Counted from the first letter of the stretch, positions 10,883 through 24,335 are shown. The stretch is 64,000 nucleotides of DNA from Azolla caroliniana (GCA_043228905.1 JBHGNT010000009.1:8556001-8620000), one strand, 5' to 3'. A program made the numbers and translations. The notes: generated by a model from the sequence alone, not told the origin.

Positions 10883-13613
10883 TTAAAACAACGAGTGTCA
10901 CGAGTTGTTTTGGATTGAGGACCTGGTTGATCTGGATATTGATGATGGAAGTCTTCAAGAAGAGCACGAGCATTGGTCACATTCTGTATTGGTTCCCAAG
11001 TACGCTCACTGGGACTATATCCTAGCCAATCGACTAAATAGTAGAGCTTGTTGCGAACAATCTTGGAATTGAGGATGGCATCAACCTCGTACTCAGGTCC
11101 ATCTTCAAGTTCGATTGAGGGTGGAGGTTGTGGAATACGTCCTGGGATGGTGTTGTCTTGATAGGGTACGAGGAGAGAACTATGAAACACCGGATGTATA
11201 CAAAGTTGCGGGGTAGATCGAGACGAAACATGACATCATTAATCTTTCCGATACTACGGAAAGGACCTAATCGTCGATAATCCAACTTCTTGCATGGGCG
11301 AGTAGTCTTGATGTGTCGTCGTAGTACCCATACCTGATCTCCAATGTTAAAACTAGATGGAAGCCGATGACGATCCGCGTAAACCTTGTGTGTTTGTTGA
11401 GCTTGATGTAGATGAGTAGATAAATCTGCTTGTATCTTGTGTAACCGCTCCAAACGATCCTCTACACAAGGATTTGTGGGTAACTCAGGGGTTTCAAATA
11501 CACACCACCAGGGGTTACAACCCGTATAAGCATAAAATGGCGTAACTTTAGTCGATGAGTGGACAGAGTTATTATAGGAAAATTCAGTGAAGTGGAGAAT
11601 ATCCGCCTAGTCATCCTGATAATAACTTAGAAAGCACCAAAGATACTGCTCCAGCGTTTGATTAGTTCGTTCTGCTTGGCCGTCGGTTTGCGGGTGGTAG
11701 TCGGAGGAGAGGTTACAAGTGACCTTGAGCATTTTAAAAAGGTGATTCCAGAATTTCGAGACGAACTGGAGTCCACGGTCGTTGATGATATTATCAGGAA
11801 GGCCATGATGCCGATATACTTCACACATGACAATTTCGGCGGTTTCTTCGCTAGAGATTTCCTTAGTACATGGCAGGAAATGAGCCATCTTCGTATATCG
11901 ATCTACTACTATTAAAATTGCATTGAATCCCTTAGAGACTAGAACATTTGTGATGAAATCTAGAGCAATGGATTGCCACGGCTTGCTTGGAATTGGTAAT
12001 GGTTCTAATAAACCATATGGATGATGCCTTGGCATTTTTTCTCTACAACATGTATCACAAGCCCGAGCAAAATCTTCGACAAATTGTCGCATACAACACC
12101 ACTAGAATGATCGTTGTACTAAATCTAATGTCTTGGTACTACCAAAATGCCCAACTATATATGTGTCATGACAGTTTTGGACTACTCGAAGGCGGCAAGA
12201 ACCATTAGGAACATACAAGAGTTTCTTAAAGAATAGTAATCCATCATGACATTTGAATTGTTGATAGTCCGTACCTGGTTGTTGCAACTGTGAACAAGAT
12301 GCTCGAGAGGGATCAATTTGTGCTAGAATGGCTTGGGAGAAAGCATTTGTCGTCAAGTCCTCATGTATGGTATCGATAACGTGGGAATCCAAGGGCATGT
12401 TGAAGACTTGTGTTGCTTGCAGTCGTGTCGGTCCCAAGATTACTTGCTTTTGGTTATCGAAAGCTGGCTCGCCAGGACGCGGTGCTAGATACGAATGCCG
12501 TGATAATGCATCTGTCTTCCCTTGGTGCTTCCCCAGACGATATGTAATTTTGAAGTCGAAACACGTGAGGAATTGGGCCCACCGAGCTTGACGTCAATTT
12601 AACACACGAGCACTCTGAAAGGAGGCAAGGTTTTTGTGATTATTGAATACGGTGACTTGATGAGAGGCTCCCTCTAGAAAATGTCTCTATTGCGTAAAAG
12701 AGTCCACTATTGCTAATAGCTCCTTATCATGAATTTCATAGTTGATTTCGGCGGCGTCAAACTTGTGTGAGTGGAAAGCCGCAGGATGTAGCTTTTCATC
12801 ATTACCTTGTTGTGACAGAATGCTACCCAATGCGAAATCCGACGCGTTCGCTTCCATGATGAATGGGTTTTCCGGATCAACGTGAGCTAGAATAGAAGCC
12901 GATGTAAATGCCTTCTTAAGATTCTCAAAAGCCATGCCCGCTTCTTTAGACCAAACGAACGATTGTCCCTTCTTAGTAAGTTGTGTGAGAGGCAGAACAA
13001 GCTTTGACTAATCCTATATAAACTTGCGGTAGAAATTGGCAAAGCCTAAAAAGCATTGCACATCTCACAACGAATGCGTTTTGCCAATCTACCACCGTTT
13101 TGACCTTAGCTGGATCCATGGAGATGCCTTCCGAGGAGATGACATAGCCCAGAAATTTCACTTGGTTGCACCCAAAACTACATTTTTCTAGCTTTGCATA
13201 AAGACCATGTTCTCGAAGTCGTTTTAGTACTAATAGTACATGAGAATCATGGTCTTCTTGGGTCTTCGAATAAACCAGTAGATCATCCAAATAGATAATC
13301 AAACAAACATCCAAGAGATCTCGGAATATATCATTTGCCATGCGCTGGAAGATTGTTGGCGCATTAGTGAGGTGGAACGCCATGGCCGTATACTCGAAGT
13401 GCCCATATATGGTGCTAAACGCGGTCTTCCACTCATCTCCTGGTTGGATCCGTACGAGGTTATATGCTCCCCGTAAGTCGATCTTCATGAAGAACCTTGC
13501 ACCATTGATTCGTTCTAAAAGACTTGAGATAAGGGGAAGTGCATACCTATTTCTGATGGTGACCTTATTCAAGCCACGGTAATCTACAATGAGACGAAGT
13601 GATCCATCCTTTT
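10883..13613 (-). pseudogene. Chromo-1 pol, 3' part (RT, RNase H, integrase, chromodomain), with multiple frameshifts and stops
   Basis: [55 protein letters not shown], and chromodomain EYEVDAILNSKIVRNKLYYLVDWLGYSPSERTWEP. Confidence 0.93.
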
Positions 13614-14629
13614 TGTAAAAACAAATGGCGTGCGGAAGCAATAGAAAACAGAAAACAATGAACATGTTTAATGGAGAGCTTAACAGTACGCGGGAGAGAC
13701 AGAGAGAGAGAGAACAAGAAACTCTATTCAAAAAATTATATCAACGCTCTGTACATCGTATGTGTTTAGCGAACACTTTTATACAGGTTCATACGGACTG
13801 ACTGAAGTACGGTGTAATTCAATGCTCACTCGAGCGCTTGACACTAACTACGAGAGTAATAACTCCCTAGTAGTCTAGCTGCTACTAGGCTTCTGGTTAC
13901 TGATGGATCCGGCTAACCGGCTCCCCAGCTCACCGGGTGCTCACCGGCTCACCGATCCGTCTCGCTCACCGGCTCAGGCTTATCCACCTGATCCGGCTCC
14001 AATTGAGCTTGCCGCTCAACACTCCCCCTCAAGCTCAACTTGAGGTCTGGTCGTAGTGTCAACATTTGTGGCAACCGGTCCTTCTGCCCGGCTCCTTCTG
14101 GTGTCACTCCGCCTTGCTCGCGCTCCTCATCCGGTCCGGTTCTGTTTGCCGCAACCCCTCTTGTTCTACACACCTTGACCTCCTCATCGGCTTGTCTGCT
14201 CAACAGGCCTAATCCAGCTCCCTCGCTGTTGTGACTTCGACGCGTGCCAGTTCGCCGATTCCTTCGTGTTGGCGTCGACTTTCGCTGCCTTCTCGTCCTC
14301 TTGGCCTTGAATTGATCCGGTTCTTCCAAATCTGTTTGTTGAACCAAATCGACTGTCTCCGATTCGTTCCAACTCTTGTCCGAATTGGTTGCTCCCGATT
14401 CGTCTTCTAGTTCCAGGCCCTTCACCACATCGGACCATGTCCGGGTTTTGGCCTTCTTCTTCCGGTCGACTCTGTTCTTCTTGACTCAGCCGCCGCTGTC
14501 GCTTGTTCCGACTTGTTCGGATGTGTCGACTCGGCTCCTTTCTTCTTCTTGACTCTCCCTTCGTCGGTTCTTCCCTCACCGGCGCAATCGATAGTCTCTT
14601 TGCCTTTGCCCGTTCCGGTGTCTTTGCCC

Positions 14630-17004
14630 GTTCCAAGCACCAAGCATTTCGGTGAAGTGCTGCAACTTGTCTGATCCAAGTGGTTTGGTGAAGATGTCGG
14701 CAACTTGCCGATCTGTGTGAACATACCGAAGGTCGACCTCACCGCTTAGGACACGCTCACGCACGAAGTGACAGTGCACTTCTATGTGCTTTGTGCGAGC
14801 ATGGAATACGGGGTTCTTGGCGAGCTGCATGCTGCTTATGTTGTCGTAGTAGATCAGAATCGGAGTCGAGACCTCGATCCGTAGGTCTTGCAGCAGTTGC
14901 CGAAGCCAAATGGCTTCACAGGTGGCAATGGTAGCGCCCCGATACTCAACCTCAGTGCTCGACAGAGCAACTATTGGCTGCTTTTTGCTGCTCCACACAA
15001 CAATCGCGCTACCTAGGGAAAACATGTAACCGGAGGTTGATCAGCGATCTGATGCATCGCCGGCCCAGTCGGCATCTGTGTAACCAACCAGCTCTTCGGT
15101 TATACCTCGCCGGTATAACATTCCCCGGTCCTTCGTGCCACTCACATACCGTAGTATTTGGTGCGCGCACTGAAGATGTTCTACGGTCGGCTTCTGCATG
15201 AATTGGCTAATCACACCGACTAGATAGCTGATGTTGAGTCAGGTGATGGTCAAATATATAAGGCTTCCGACAATTTGTCGGAACCGTTTCTCATCGCAGG
15301 CCGGTCCGGAGTCGGGACAGAGCTTCTGGTTCCGGTCCTAGGGAGTAGAGATAGGTCGGCATTCCATCATGTCGAACTTCGAACTTGTACAACATATTCA
15401 ACACATAGTGCCTTTGTGAGAGCAATATGTCGTCGGGGGTGTAGATCACCTCGATCCCAAGAATGTAATTAAGGTCCCCCAGGTCCTTCATCTCAAACGC
15501 ATCCGACAACTGGGACTTGACTTGGCTGATTACATCGAGTCCGGGTCTGGTGATGACCAGATCATCAACATACAACAAGATGCAAACTGGACCGTCCGGA
15601 CCTTGCCGGATAAACAACAAAGAGTCAGACTTGGAGGCCACAAACCCCATCTTACGCAACCGTTGCGTGATCTTCGCATTCCAAGCTCGGGGGCCTTGCT
15701 TCAGGCCATAAAGTGACTTCTTCAGTCGGCATACCGCCGACTTGTTCATTTCCGTCTAGAAACTGGGGGGGTTGTATCATAAAGACCTCTTCTTCAAGAT
15801 CTCCTTGAAGAAATGCATTCTTCACATCCATCTGGTGGAGATGCCACCCCCTTGCCGTTGCAACTGCCAGCACCACACGAACCGTCGTCATCTTCGCTAT
15901 CGGAGCGAAGGTCTCGTCATAGTCAATTCCGTGAGTCTGTGCGTATCCCTTCGCCACTAACCGGGCCTTGTACCGGTTAACTGAATCGTCGGTGTTGTAC
16001 TTTACCTTGTACACCCACTTGCATCCGATCGGTTTACTGTGACGGGGAGGGTCAACCAGGTCCCATGTATCGATTAGCATCAAGTGCCCACATCTCTAAT
16101 TCCATAGAGGCACGCCAATGTGTGTCCTTTGCCGTTTCTGCGTAGCTCTCCAGCTCACGCACTTCCGCCACCTTGGTCATGTACGCATAGTGATGTGCAA
16201 TGTACTCATTGTACCTGTACCATTTAACAGGTTCCTTCTGGCGGGTTGACCGGCGTAACCCACCGTTACCCGGTTTGAGGCCCTTCTTTGCCGGTTCGGT
16301 CTTCAGTGCCGAAGAACCGTCATTTTCCTTTCCGGAGTCGGACCCGCTCGGATCCGACTCATCAATACCGGTTCCATAATCCGGCATCTTCTTCTTCCCC
16401 TTCTCTTTGCGCGTGAACCATCTCCTCGGTTCCTTGTGCGAGGAGAACACGACAGAGTCTTCACTACTCGCCGGTTCTTCTTCTGACTGGTCGGATTGAC
16501 CTAGTCTCTCATTCGGCCCACTCAACCGAAACGATTTCAGACTCTCTTCTTGAGTCCCGGATTCATCATCTTCTAACTGGACCGGTTCAAGCTCACTAGC
16601 CTCATCCTCCGGTATCGGGTCGGGGTCAAAAGTCGGAGATGGTAAGACATACCATGATGCCGTCTCATCAAACTCAACATCGCGGCTAACTCGAACCTGC
16701 TTCGCCCGGGGGTTATAACACTTATACCCCTTTTGCTCATGTGAGTAGACGACAAGGATGCACTTCTCCAATTTTGCATCTAGGTTCCTCCGCTTCTCAT
16801 CCGACACATGCACATATGCTATGTTGCCCAAAATCTGAAGGTGTCTCAAATTCAGCTTGCGCTCGAAATACAGCTCATGCGCGGACACCTTGTCACCGAT
16901 CCGGTTTTGGATGTAGACGGCCGTCCGGACCGTCTCCGCCCAGTAGAAATGGGGCATGCTCTTCTCTTCCAGCATTGCCCTTGCCACGTCGACAAGCGAC
17001 CGGT
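14630..17004 (-). pseudogene. Copia-2 pol, 3' part (integrase C-half, RT, RNase H), degenerate
   Basis: [60 protein letters not shown]. Confidence 0.92.
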
Positions 17005-19531
17005 GCTCATCCTACTCAACCTACTCAGCTGGTGCTCACGGTTGTGTTCAGATGGGGAATGAAGGTACATGCCGAATTGTCGGCATAGGAGACGTGTGGC
17101 TGACAACACCAACCGGATGCAAGATGCTGCTGAAGGATGTCCGACACGTTTCGGAGGTTCGTCTGAACCTGATATCAGCCGGTCGGCTAGATGATGAAGG
17201 CTACACAGGTAGCATCCGGAACGGTGTTATGAAGTTCAGCAAAGGGAGCCTGATTGTGGCTCGGGCCCGGAAGTTAAACACGTTGTACCTGATGAATGCC
17301 CGGTTATGTCCGGAGGAAGTGAACGTGGCATACGACACTGCCGGTCTACATCCGGGTATGTAATGACATATGCAGGGGGAGCTGTTTTATGGCAGTCGAG
17401 GCTACAGAAGATGGTTGCGTTGTCAACCACGGAGGCGGAAGGACTTCATCGGAGAGCTCGGTATCCGACAAGATGAATACCGGCTCTATTGCGACAGTCA
17501 AAGTGCCATCCACCTTGCTAAGAACGGAGCATACCATTCCAGGACGAAGCACATCCAGCGTAGGAATCACTGGATTCGGGACAGAGTGGAGAACCAGGAG
17601 TTCGCACTGGCGAAGATCCACACAGCCGAGAACGGGTTAGATATGCTAACCAAAGTGCTGATACCCGACAAGCTGGAAGCATGCCGGAAGCGGATTAGAC
17701 TAGTAAGACACCCCATGCCGGAGTGAAGGGGGAGTTTGTTGGGAGATAGGTCCCTCCGGATGGGAAGTGAGAAGAACAGTGCTGATGAGCAAACTCGACC
17801 GAGGCCGATAGGTCGAGGCCAAAACCAGATGTGGAGTACCCAGCTACGGAAGACCCGGTGAGAACCGGATGAGGAGTACCCGGCAAGAGCCGGATGGTGA
17901 AGACCCGGTGAGAACCGTTGTGTCGTGGCGTGGCTCGCCTAGAAGCGTAGCATTGCGTAGACAAAAGATATCGTGAAAGTGAGGAAGGAATCACTGGGAT
18001 TATGGACGGAAGAGACGAAAGGGTAGAGATAGAGTAAATAGAGATGAACAAGATATGACAAAATAGGATTTTTAAGGAATGTAAGATAAGACAAGATAAG
18101 ATATAAAATAATATATGAGAAAGTGTATGAAATTTATAATCATTTTCATGAAAGAGTTACAAAATGATTGTGCACGTCGTTGAACCTTCGAACTTTGTCT
18201 TGCAAGGTAATCGCTCTTCTCTTTCTTGATCTTAGAACACTACAATCTTCACTTCAATATTTTGATGAAGATAAGGCTCGAACCGCCTCCCTCTTGTTGA
18301 GAGTTGACCACCACGACCACCAAGCTAGAGCTCCACCTTTATGTTGAACTTCTTCCTTTCTCTCTCTATTTTATGGTATCTCTTATGTAATAAATATTTG
18401 ATTGATATCTCATACATCTCTCCCTTTGATCTCCTCTTTTACCCTTTAAATAGGTGCCCCCATGCATATGATGCATTGGAGGGTACAAGACATGCATGTG
18501 ATGCATGATCGCCATTTGGCGTTCATGCATTACATGTGATGCATGATAAACATCTCGCTCATTTGAGCTTTTATGTATGAAACAATATATGCAATAACAA
18601 TAAACATGAAAATATAATCTTAAAGAGAAAGGACTTAGCCTAATGGTAGGTGTGTTAACTTTGGTGTATGAGGTTGTGGGTTTGAGTCTCAAAATACTAT
18701 TGAATACAACATACAACTTTATTTTTATATCATGAAGCAAATCCTTTATGTAATATATAGTATATATAAAGTATGTTTTATTTTATATATATTACTAGTA
18801 TAGAGTAAATGGTAAGATTTGAGAGTCATAGGGTGGGGTTATTGGTTCAAGTCCTCTCTTGTTCGTGTAATATAATATATTTATCTATATATATATATTA
18901 GTTTTCTTTACCGTATATAATATTATCATATGTGTTGTTAATATTATCTTTATATATAAAACATTATCAAATGTTATTTTAGTTACGTATTTATCTTATT
19001 GTAGACTTTTAATGTGAAGCTTTCGTACTTCACGACACCGGATGACATGTGCCCGGCAAGCACCGGATGATGCAGGCCCGGTGAGGAGTGCTCACCGGAT
19101 GAAGGGACATATTCGCAAATATGTTTCTGAGAGTCCATCGGGGCTTTATTTGTAAATAGCCGGAAAGTCATATTAGTATAAATATGACTTAGGGCAAACT
19201 TAATAAAAGGTTGTTGTCATTCTTGTTGGCGCAAGATTAGAGCGTGCAACTGTGTACAGAGAGAGTGAGAGAGAGGTAGAGGTTGTTGCCTTAGTTGTAA
19301 CCGCCGCCTGTGGCGAAGATAGAAAGCTCGAGGTCGTTTCTTCGGTGCTTTACCATTAGTACATTTCTGACATAGTGATAGTTTGCAGTCTGTGGGCTGC
19401 CGTGGTTTTTTCCCTAGTTTGGGTTTTTTTCCACGTTAACATCCTGTGTTCTCTTCTCTCCATTGTCTCGTGCATTCATTACCGTTTCTCTGTGTTTGAT
19501 TCTAAAGTCGGTTGTGGCCGAGCACTGTTCA
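17005..19531 (+). mobile_element. Copia-3: truncated, internally deleted relative of Copia-5/6 (protease fragment, RNase H, PPT, 3' LTR), sitting in the Copia-2 integrase
   Basis: 17005-17345 matches the protease region of 48420-48750 and is joined at GCCGGT to RNase H. Pol stops at 17726, followed by PPT AAGGGGGAG. The LTR runs from 17737 (TGTTGGG) to ~19531 (GGCCGAGCACTGTTCA). No 5' LTR and no TSD were found. Confidence 0.88.
17921..19037 (-). mobile_element. Solo-LTR-like insertion (1117 bp) of an otherwise unrepresented family, inside the Copia-3 LTR
   Basis: TGTCGTG...CACGACA termini, and the host LTR resumes at 19038. TATA-like CCTATTTAAAGG on the minus strand at ~18444-18455. The TSD is not clean (CGTTG vs CCGGA). 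Confidence 0.7.
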
Positions 19532-21301
19532 TCGGGAGCGTGAAGTTCCTGTCAAGAGGTTCCAGAAACAGTCGAAGACTTCTCTCTTACGCTCAATGAG
19601 GTAGATCCATGTGTGCCGACTATAGTCGTCGATGAAGGAGACGAAGTATCAACTCCCACCAAGACTCACGTTCTGTGTCGATCCCCATACATCCGAATGA
19701 ATAAGGTCGAGCTTGTTATGGCTACGGTTTTGTTCGGCAGGGAATGGAAGCCGATTTTGCTTCCCAAGTTGGCAAGCTTCACATACTTGGGCCTTCCGGC
19801 CACTAAACTTCGGCAAACCGAAAACAACTTGTTTCGTTTGCAAGTCTTGAAGACGCCGGTAATTGACGTGGCCGATCCACTTGTGCCACAAGTCGATGTT
19901 CGATTCGACCTTCTGTCCTTTGGCGAACAAGGCGGTGCCGACGTCATTGGTGTCGAGGATGAACATCCTCCCATCTCTGCGCCCTTGCGCGATAATCTGG
20001 CCCTCCTCCTCGATGAAGCACTTGAGGTGCGTAAACCGCACCTGCATTCCCTGGTCGACGATCTGTCCGACCGACACCAGGTTCTTTGTGATAGTCGGAA
20101 CGTGTAATACATTCATCAGCTTCCCCCTCTGTCCGACGTGGCTCAGGGGAACTTCTCCGACATGCACAATTGGGTGAGTGTCGTCTCCGGTTTCGACAAC
20201 TCCTGGTTGTTCCGGTTTCTCCAGGAAGGAGAACCTCTCTTTGTGGTTCGTCATGTGATTTGACGCACCAGAATCAACATACCACACTTCCTCCGATTTG
20301 GAAGTGGTCTTCTTCATCGAGTTTGCCTCGTGCTTCATCAACAAGGCTGGCCCCTTACCGGCTTTTCCGGTTTTGGATCCTCCCGATCCTTCTGCGTAGT
20401 GCGAGTATTGCTGGTTATCCCAACCGGTTTTGCCGGATCCAGATCTGTTCGAATTGGCGCGCTTCTTCCAACACTCTCTTTCTCTGTGGCCCTTTTTGCC
20501 ACAGTACCAGCATTTTGTGGCGGATTTGTCTTGCCGGCCTCTGGCGCCACCTTGACTCCCCCTGCTTATGGAAGTCTCAGAACTGCTGCCGGCACGGTCT
20601 CTATGCCGTCGGTCTTGCCCTTGCCGGCTGCCTCCATTGCGTGCCAACCCGCCTCGTCTACCACGCCCATGGGACCAATCCGCCTCCGTGTACAACATCC
20701 GGCTGTCGGTGGGTGCACCTATTGACGCACCGGCGTGGTTCTCCTCTACAAGGAGCATCGACTATAAGTCGAAAAATGACGTTGTATTCTCCCTCGTACA
20801 TATTGTTGTCCGGAAAGCTCGGAACTTAGATGCCAGGCCCCCAAGACAGACCTGTACCATCTCTTCTTCCTCTATAGTGACGTTGATAGAGGCAAGCAAG
20901 TCATAGATCTCTTTGATTCGGGCCGTGTAATCAGCCACCGACATGTCCTTCTGTCGGACATTGCTCAACTCCTGTCGGAGTTACAGCTTATGGGTTGTGG
21001 TGCTTGCGGCGAACACATTCTTCAGGTTTCCCCAAGCCTCTTTCAGCATCCCGGCATCTCGGACATGGCTTAGCAGCTGGTCTCCGACACTGGACGCAAA
21101 GCAATACATCACTCTGCTTGCCGATTGTTCCCACACCGGGAAGTTCTTGTGTGCCGCATCAGGTGCTGTGTCGTTAGCTCCGTCGACATAGCTCCAGTAC
21201 CCATGCCCAAGCAGGTACTGGTGCATCTTGTAAGACCAAGATGCGTAGTTGGTTCTGTCAAGCTTCTCCACCGGGAACAAGCTAGCCATTCCTCTATCCA
21301 T
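19532..21301 (-). pseudogene. Copia-2 gag-pol, 5' part (gag, knuckle, protease, integrase N-terminus), with in-frame stops
   Basis: EKLDRTNYASWSYKMHQYL, CWYCGKKGHREREC, WYVDSGASNHMT, LWHKWIGH, CEACQLGKQ, LIHSDVWG. Confidence 0.93.
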
Positions 21302-21787
21302 TTTGCTTTTCTTGTTCTTTACGAAAGTTTTCCTTTCAAGCTATGTCGGTTGCAGAGGTTCTCAACCCTCACGCTCTGATACCATGTAAAAACAAATAGC
21401 GTGTGGAAGCAATAGAAAACATAAAATAGAGAACAAGTTTAATGGAGAGCTTAACAGTACGCGGGAGAGACAGAGAGAGAGAGAGAGAGAACAAGAAACT
21501 CTATTCAAAAAATTATATCAACGCTCTGTACATCGTATGTGTTCAGCGAACACTTTTATACAGGTCCATATGGACTGACAGAAGTACGGTGTACTTCAAT
21601 GCTCACTCGAGCGCCTGACACTAACTACGAGAGTAATAACTCCCTAGTAGTCTAGCTGCTACTAGGCTTCCGATTACTGATGGATCCGGCTAACCGGCTC
21701 CCCAGCTCACCGGCTCACCGATCCGTCTCACTCATCGGTTCAGGCTTATCCAACCGATCCGACTCCAATTGAGCTTGTTGCTCAACA

Positions 21788-23740
21788 CTTTTTCTTGACG
21801 AAGAAAATGGGTGCGCCGACTGGAGATTTCGAATGCCAAATGAAACCATTTTCCAAATTCTTCTCTATATAGGCTCGAAGGACTTCTAGCTCAATTGGTG
21901 ACAAATTGTAGATCGGTCCCCATGGTGACTCTTTTCCTGGTTGTAAATCAATGGGGCAATCATACAGTCGATGGTGAGGAAGCAAATTGACTTGTACTTT
22001 ATCGAACACATCGGCATAATGATGATACTTCTTTGAAAGTTGAACGATGGACTCCTCTTTAGTGGTGTCGGACGGTTTTACTGATACTGCGAAGAGAAAC
22101 ATTTCTTCCTTGCGTCCTTCCTCACACAACTGATGTAGCAAAGTGGTTGCAATCTTATGAGTAGATCCTTGGGTTTGTCGATACCGGATTTCTCTTGTTC
22201 TCCAATCTATGTCTAGGTTATATAATTCGAACCATGGTAATCCTAAAACAATGGGATGTTCTAGGATACTAATTATATTAAATGATACTACACATGCTAG
22301 ATTATCTAGGAGAATATTAACAGTCTTTGACTCTCCTATGATATTTCCGGAAGCAATGGGACGACCATCAATGACTACTACAGAGGCTGGACACGGGACT
22401 TTTCTGAGAGATATCTGATGAGCTTGGGCAAAATTCCTATCCATGAAGCAAGAATTAGCTCCAGAATCTAGAAGTGTTAAGACATGTACGAGAGGGGTAC
22501 TTTTAGTACTAACTGTTACTTGGGCTACGAACACATTGCTAACTTGCTTAGAGGGAATGGAACCACTAATGGGCTGCACAAATCTAGGACTGTCCAACCA
22601 AACGACTCCTATTTTGGCTGGACTTAGTCGTTAAACTCTTCTTCTAACTGACTAAGGACATCAAATTTGTTCGCTAGATTTGGGCCATTAGTACTATTAG
22701 GACTATCAAATATTCCTACTAAAATAGACTCGAGTTTAGTACAATTAGAGCTAGCAACTATTTGGTTTTACCTGTCTCCTTGGCCTATGGGGACAATTTA
22801 CTGCAATATGCCCTGGTCCACCGCAATAAAAACATAGTCGATTTGCTCGACGACACTGCTTTTCTTCTTCCGATAATGGTCCGCGACGACCCCACGACGA
22901 CGTGTAGTGTCAATCTCCATCAGAGTCGGAGTATTCACTAGAGACGCATTATATGATTCCCTTGGAAAAGGTTTCGCTACCACTAAGGCGTAGGTGGGCT
23001 CTGATCTTGCCCTCGGCATTTGGAATTGCCGTTTTGAACGTCGTTCGAAAAGGCGGTTGTCGCATCTCACCGTGCAACTGATTGCTTTTGTTAATGACTT
23101 TGGTTCTTCGGGGAAGGTCAAGAGTAAATCCTTGACATCGTTGCGTAAACCATAACGAAATTGCTCCATCAATGCTTGATCATCCCAAGGGATATCGGCG
23201 GCGAGGAGGCATAATTGTCGGATTTTGTTGGTTGCTGTCCTTATGCCATCAGTATCTACAAAACAGGCTTTAAACTCACTTATAAATTCTTCAAAATTGT
23301 TTAGTAATGGAGTTCCTTTTCTAACAACGAAGCAAACCATGCCAATGCTAAGCCACTAAGTAGAGTGCCTACTAGTCCCACTCGTGATGCATCGGTGGGA
23401 TATCAAGAAGGATGTATTTGAATCACTAAACGTACCTGATTCATAAAACCTCTAAACTGTGATCGGGTGGGTTCCCATCAAATTTTGTAGGAAGACTGAT
23501 CTTGGGTTCTTTGTGAATCCCTTGAGTTCTTGATCCTTGTTGTTGTAGTGATACAATAGTCGCTTGAAGTTGTTGTACACGTAACGTCAGATCCCCATGT
23601 TGTTGTTGTTGTTTCAACGCTATTTGTTGAAGATCCCCCAACAAACAGTGGTTTTCTTGTTCTAGGGCTACAAATTTCTCTTTTAAGCACTAGAGCTCCG
23701 AGAAAACAGATTGGTATTCCTGAGCGCTAACAGTTTCCAT
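21788..23740 (-). pseudogene. Chromo-1 gag (23740..22624) and pol 5' part (protease, RT start)
   Basis: Fragments homologous to 54421..55578, plus LLDSGANSCF and PWGPIYNLS. Confidence 0.92.
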
Positions 23741-23894
23741 TTTACTAAGGAGGATAAGATGATTAGTATGAAGGGAAAAAGGGGTAAGAAGATGAGGGAA
23801 ATCGGAAAGAAGACCGAAAAAAAGGGGATATGTAAGAAGATAAAAGGAAGAGGAGGAAAGGAGGAGACAGAAGGAGGAAGAAATCGGTTCAAAC

Positions 23895-24335
23895 TGTCAG
23901 GAATAGTACTGAGACAGAGAAGAAATTAGTACTAAGAGAGGAATATTAATACTAAGAGGAATAGAAGGTGTAGAACACTCGAGAGAAGGAGAGAGACAGA
24001 GTGACAGAGTGAGTGAGTGAGAGATCGAGGGAGAGAAAATGATGATGACAATGATATATTATGTGAGAAGAATATACAAGGAAGGTTAGGAGGCTTAAAA
24101 TTGGCATTGAACCGATTTGGTTCGAAATAATGCCTCGTGCCTCCTTTTATAGTGTTCTCAGGAGTAGTCCTGAAGCTTCTAGAATGTTCCAGAGAAATCT
24201 GGAAGATGCATTAATTTCCTATAGTAAAACTTAAATAAAAATAATGTCTTACGTATTACAATAGATAGTGTAATGGTCAAGAACTCGACCCGTGTAACAT
24301 AAGGTCATGGATTCGAGCCTTGCCATATCATGACA
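23895..24335 (-). repeat. 5' LTR of Chromo-1
   Basis: TG...CA termini; TATA CACTATAAAAG on the minus strand; followed by a non-tRNA PBS at 23881..23892. Confidence 0.95.

Larger units (their letters stand above)
13614..21787 (-). mobile_element. Copia-2: Ty1/Copia element nested in the RT of Chromo-1
   Basis: LTRs at 13614..14021 and 21385..21787. TSD CTTTT at 13609-13613 and 21788-21792. PBS TGGTATCAGAGC at 21373..21384 abuts the LTR. PPT TTGAGGGGGAG at 14022-14032. The insertion splits the host RT motif FFVKKK|DGSLRL. Confidence 0.96.
10453..24335 (-). mobile_element. Chromo-1: Ty3/Gypsy chromovirus (Tcn1-like), full length but degenerate, with nested inserts
   Basis: LTRs at 10453..10871 and 23895..24335 (TGTCA...TGACA). 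TSD GTTTC at 10448-10452 and 24336-24340. PPT AAAGGGGGGATAG at 10872-10884. Domain order gag-PR-RT-RH-INT-chromodomain. Confidence 0.96.
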
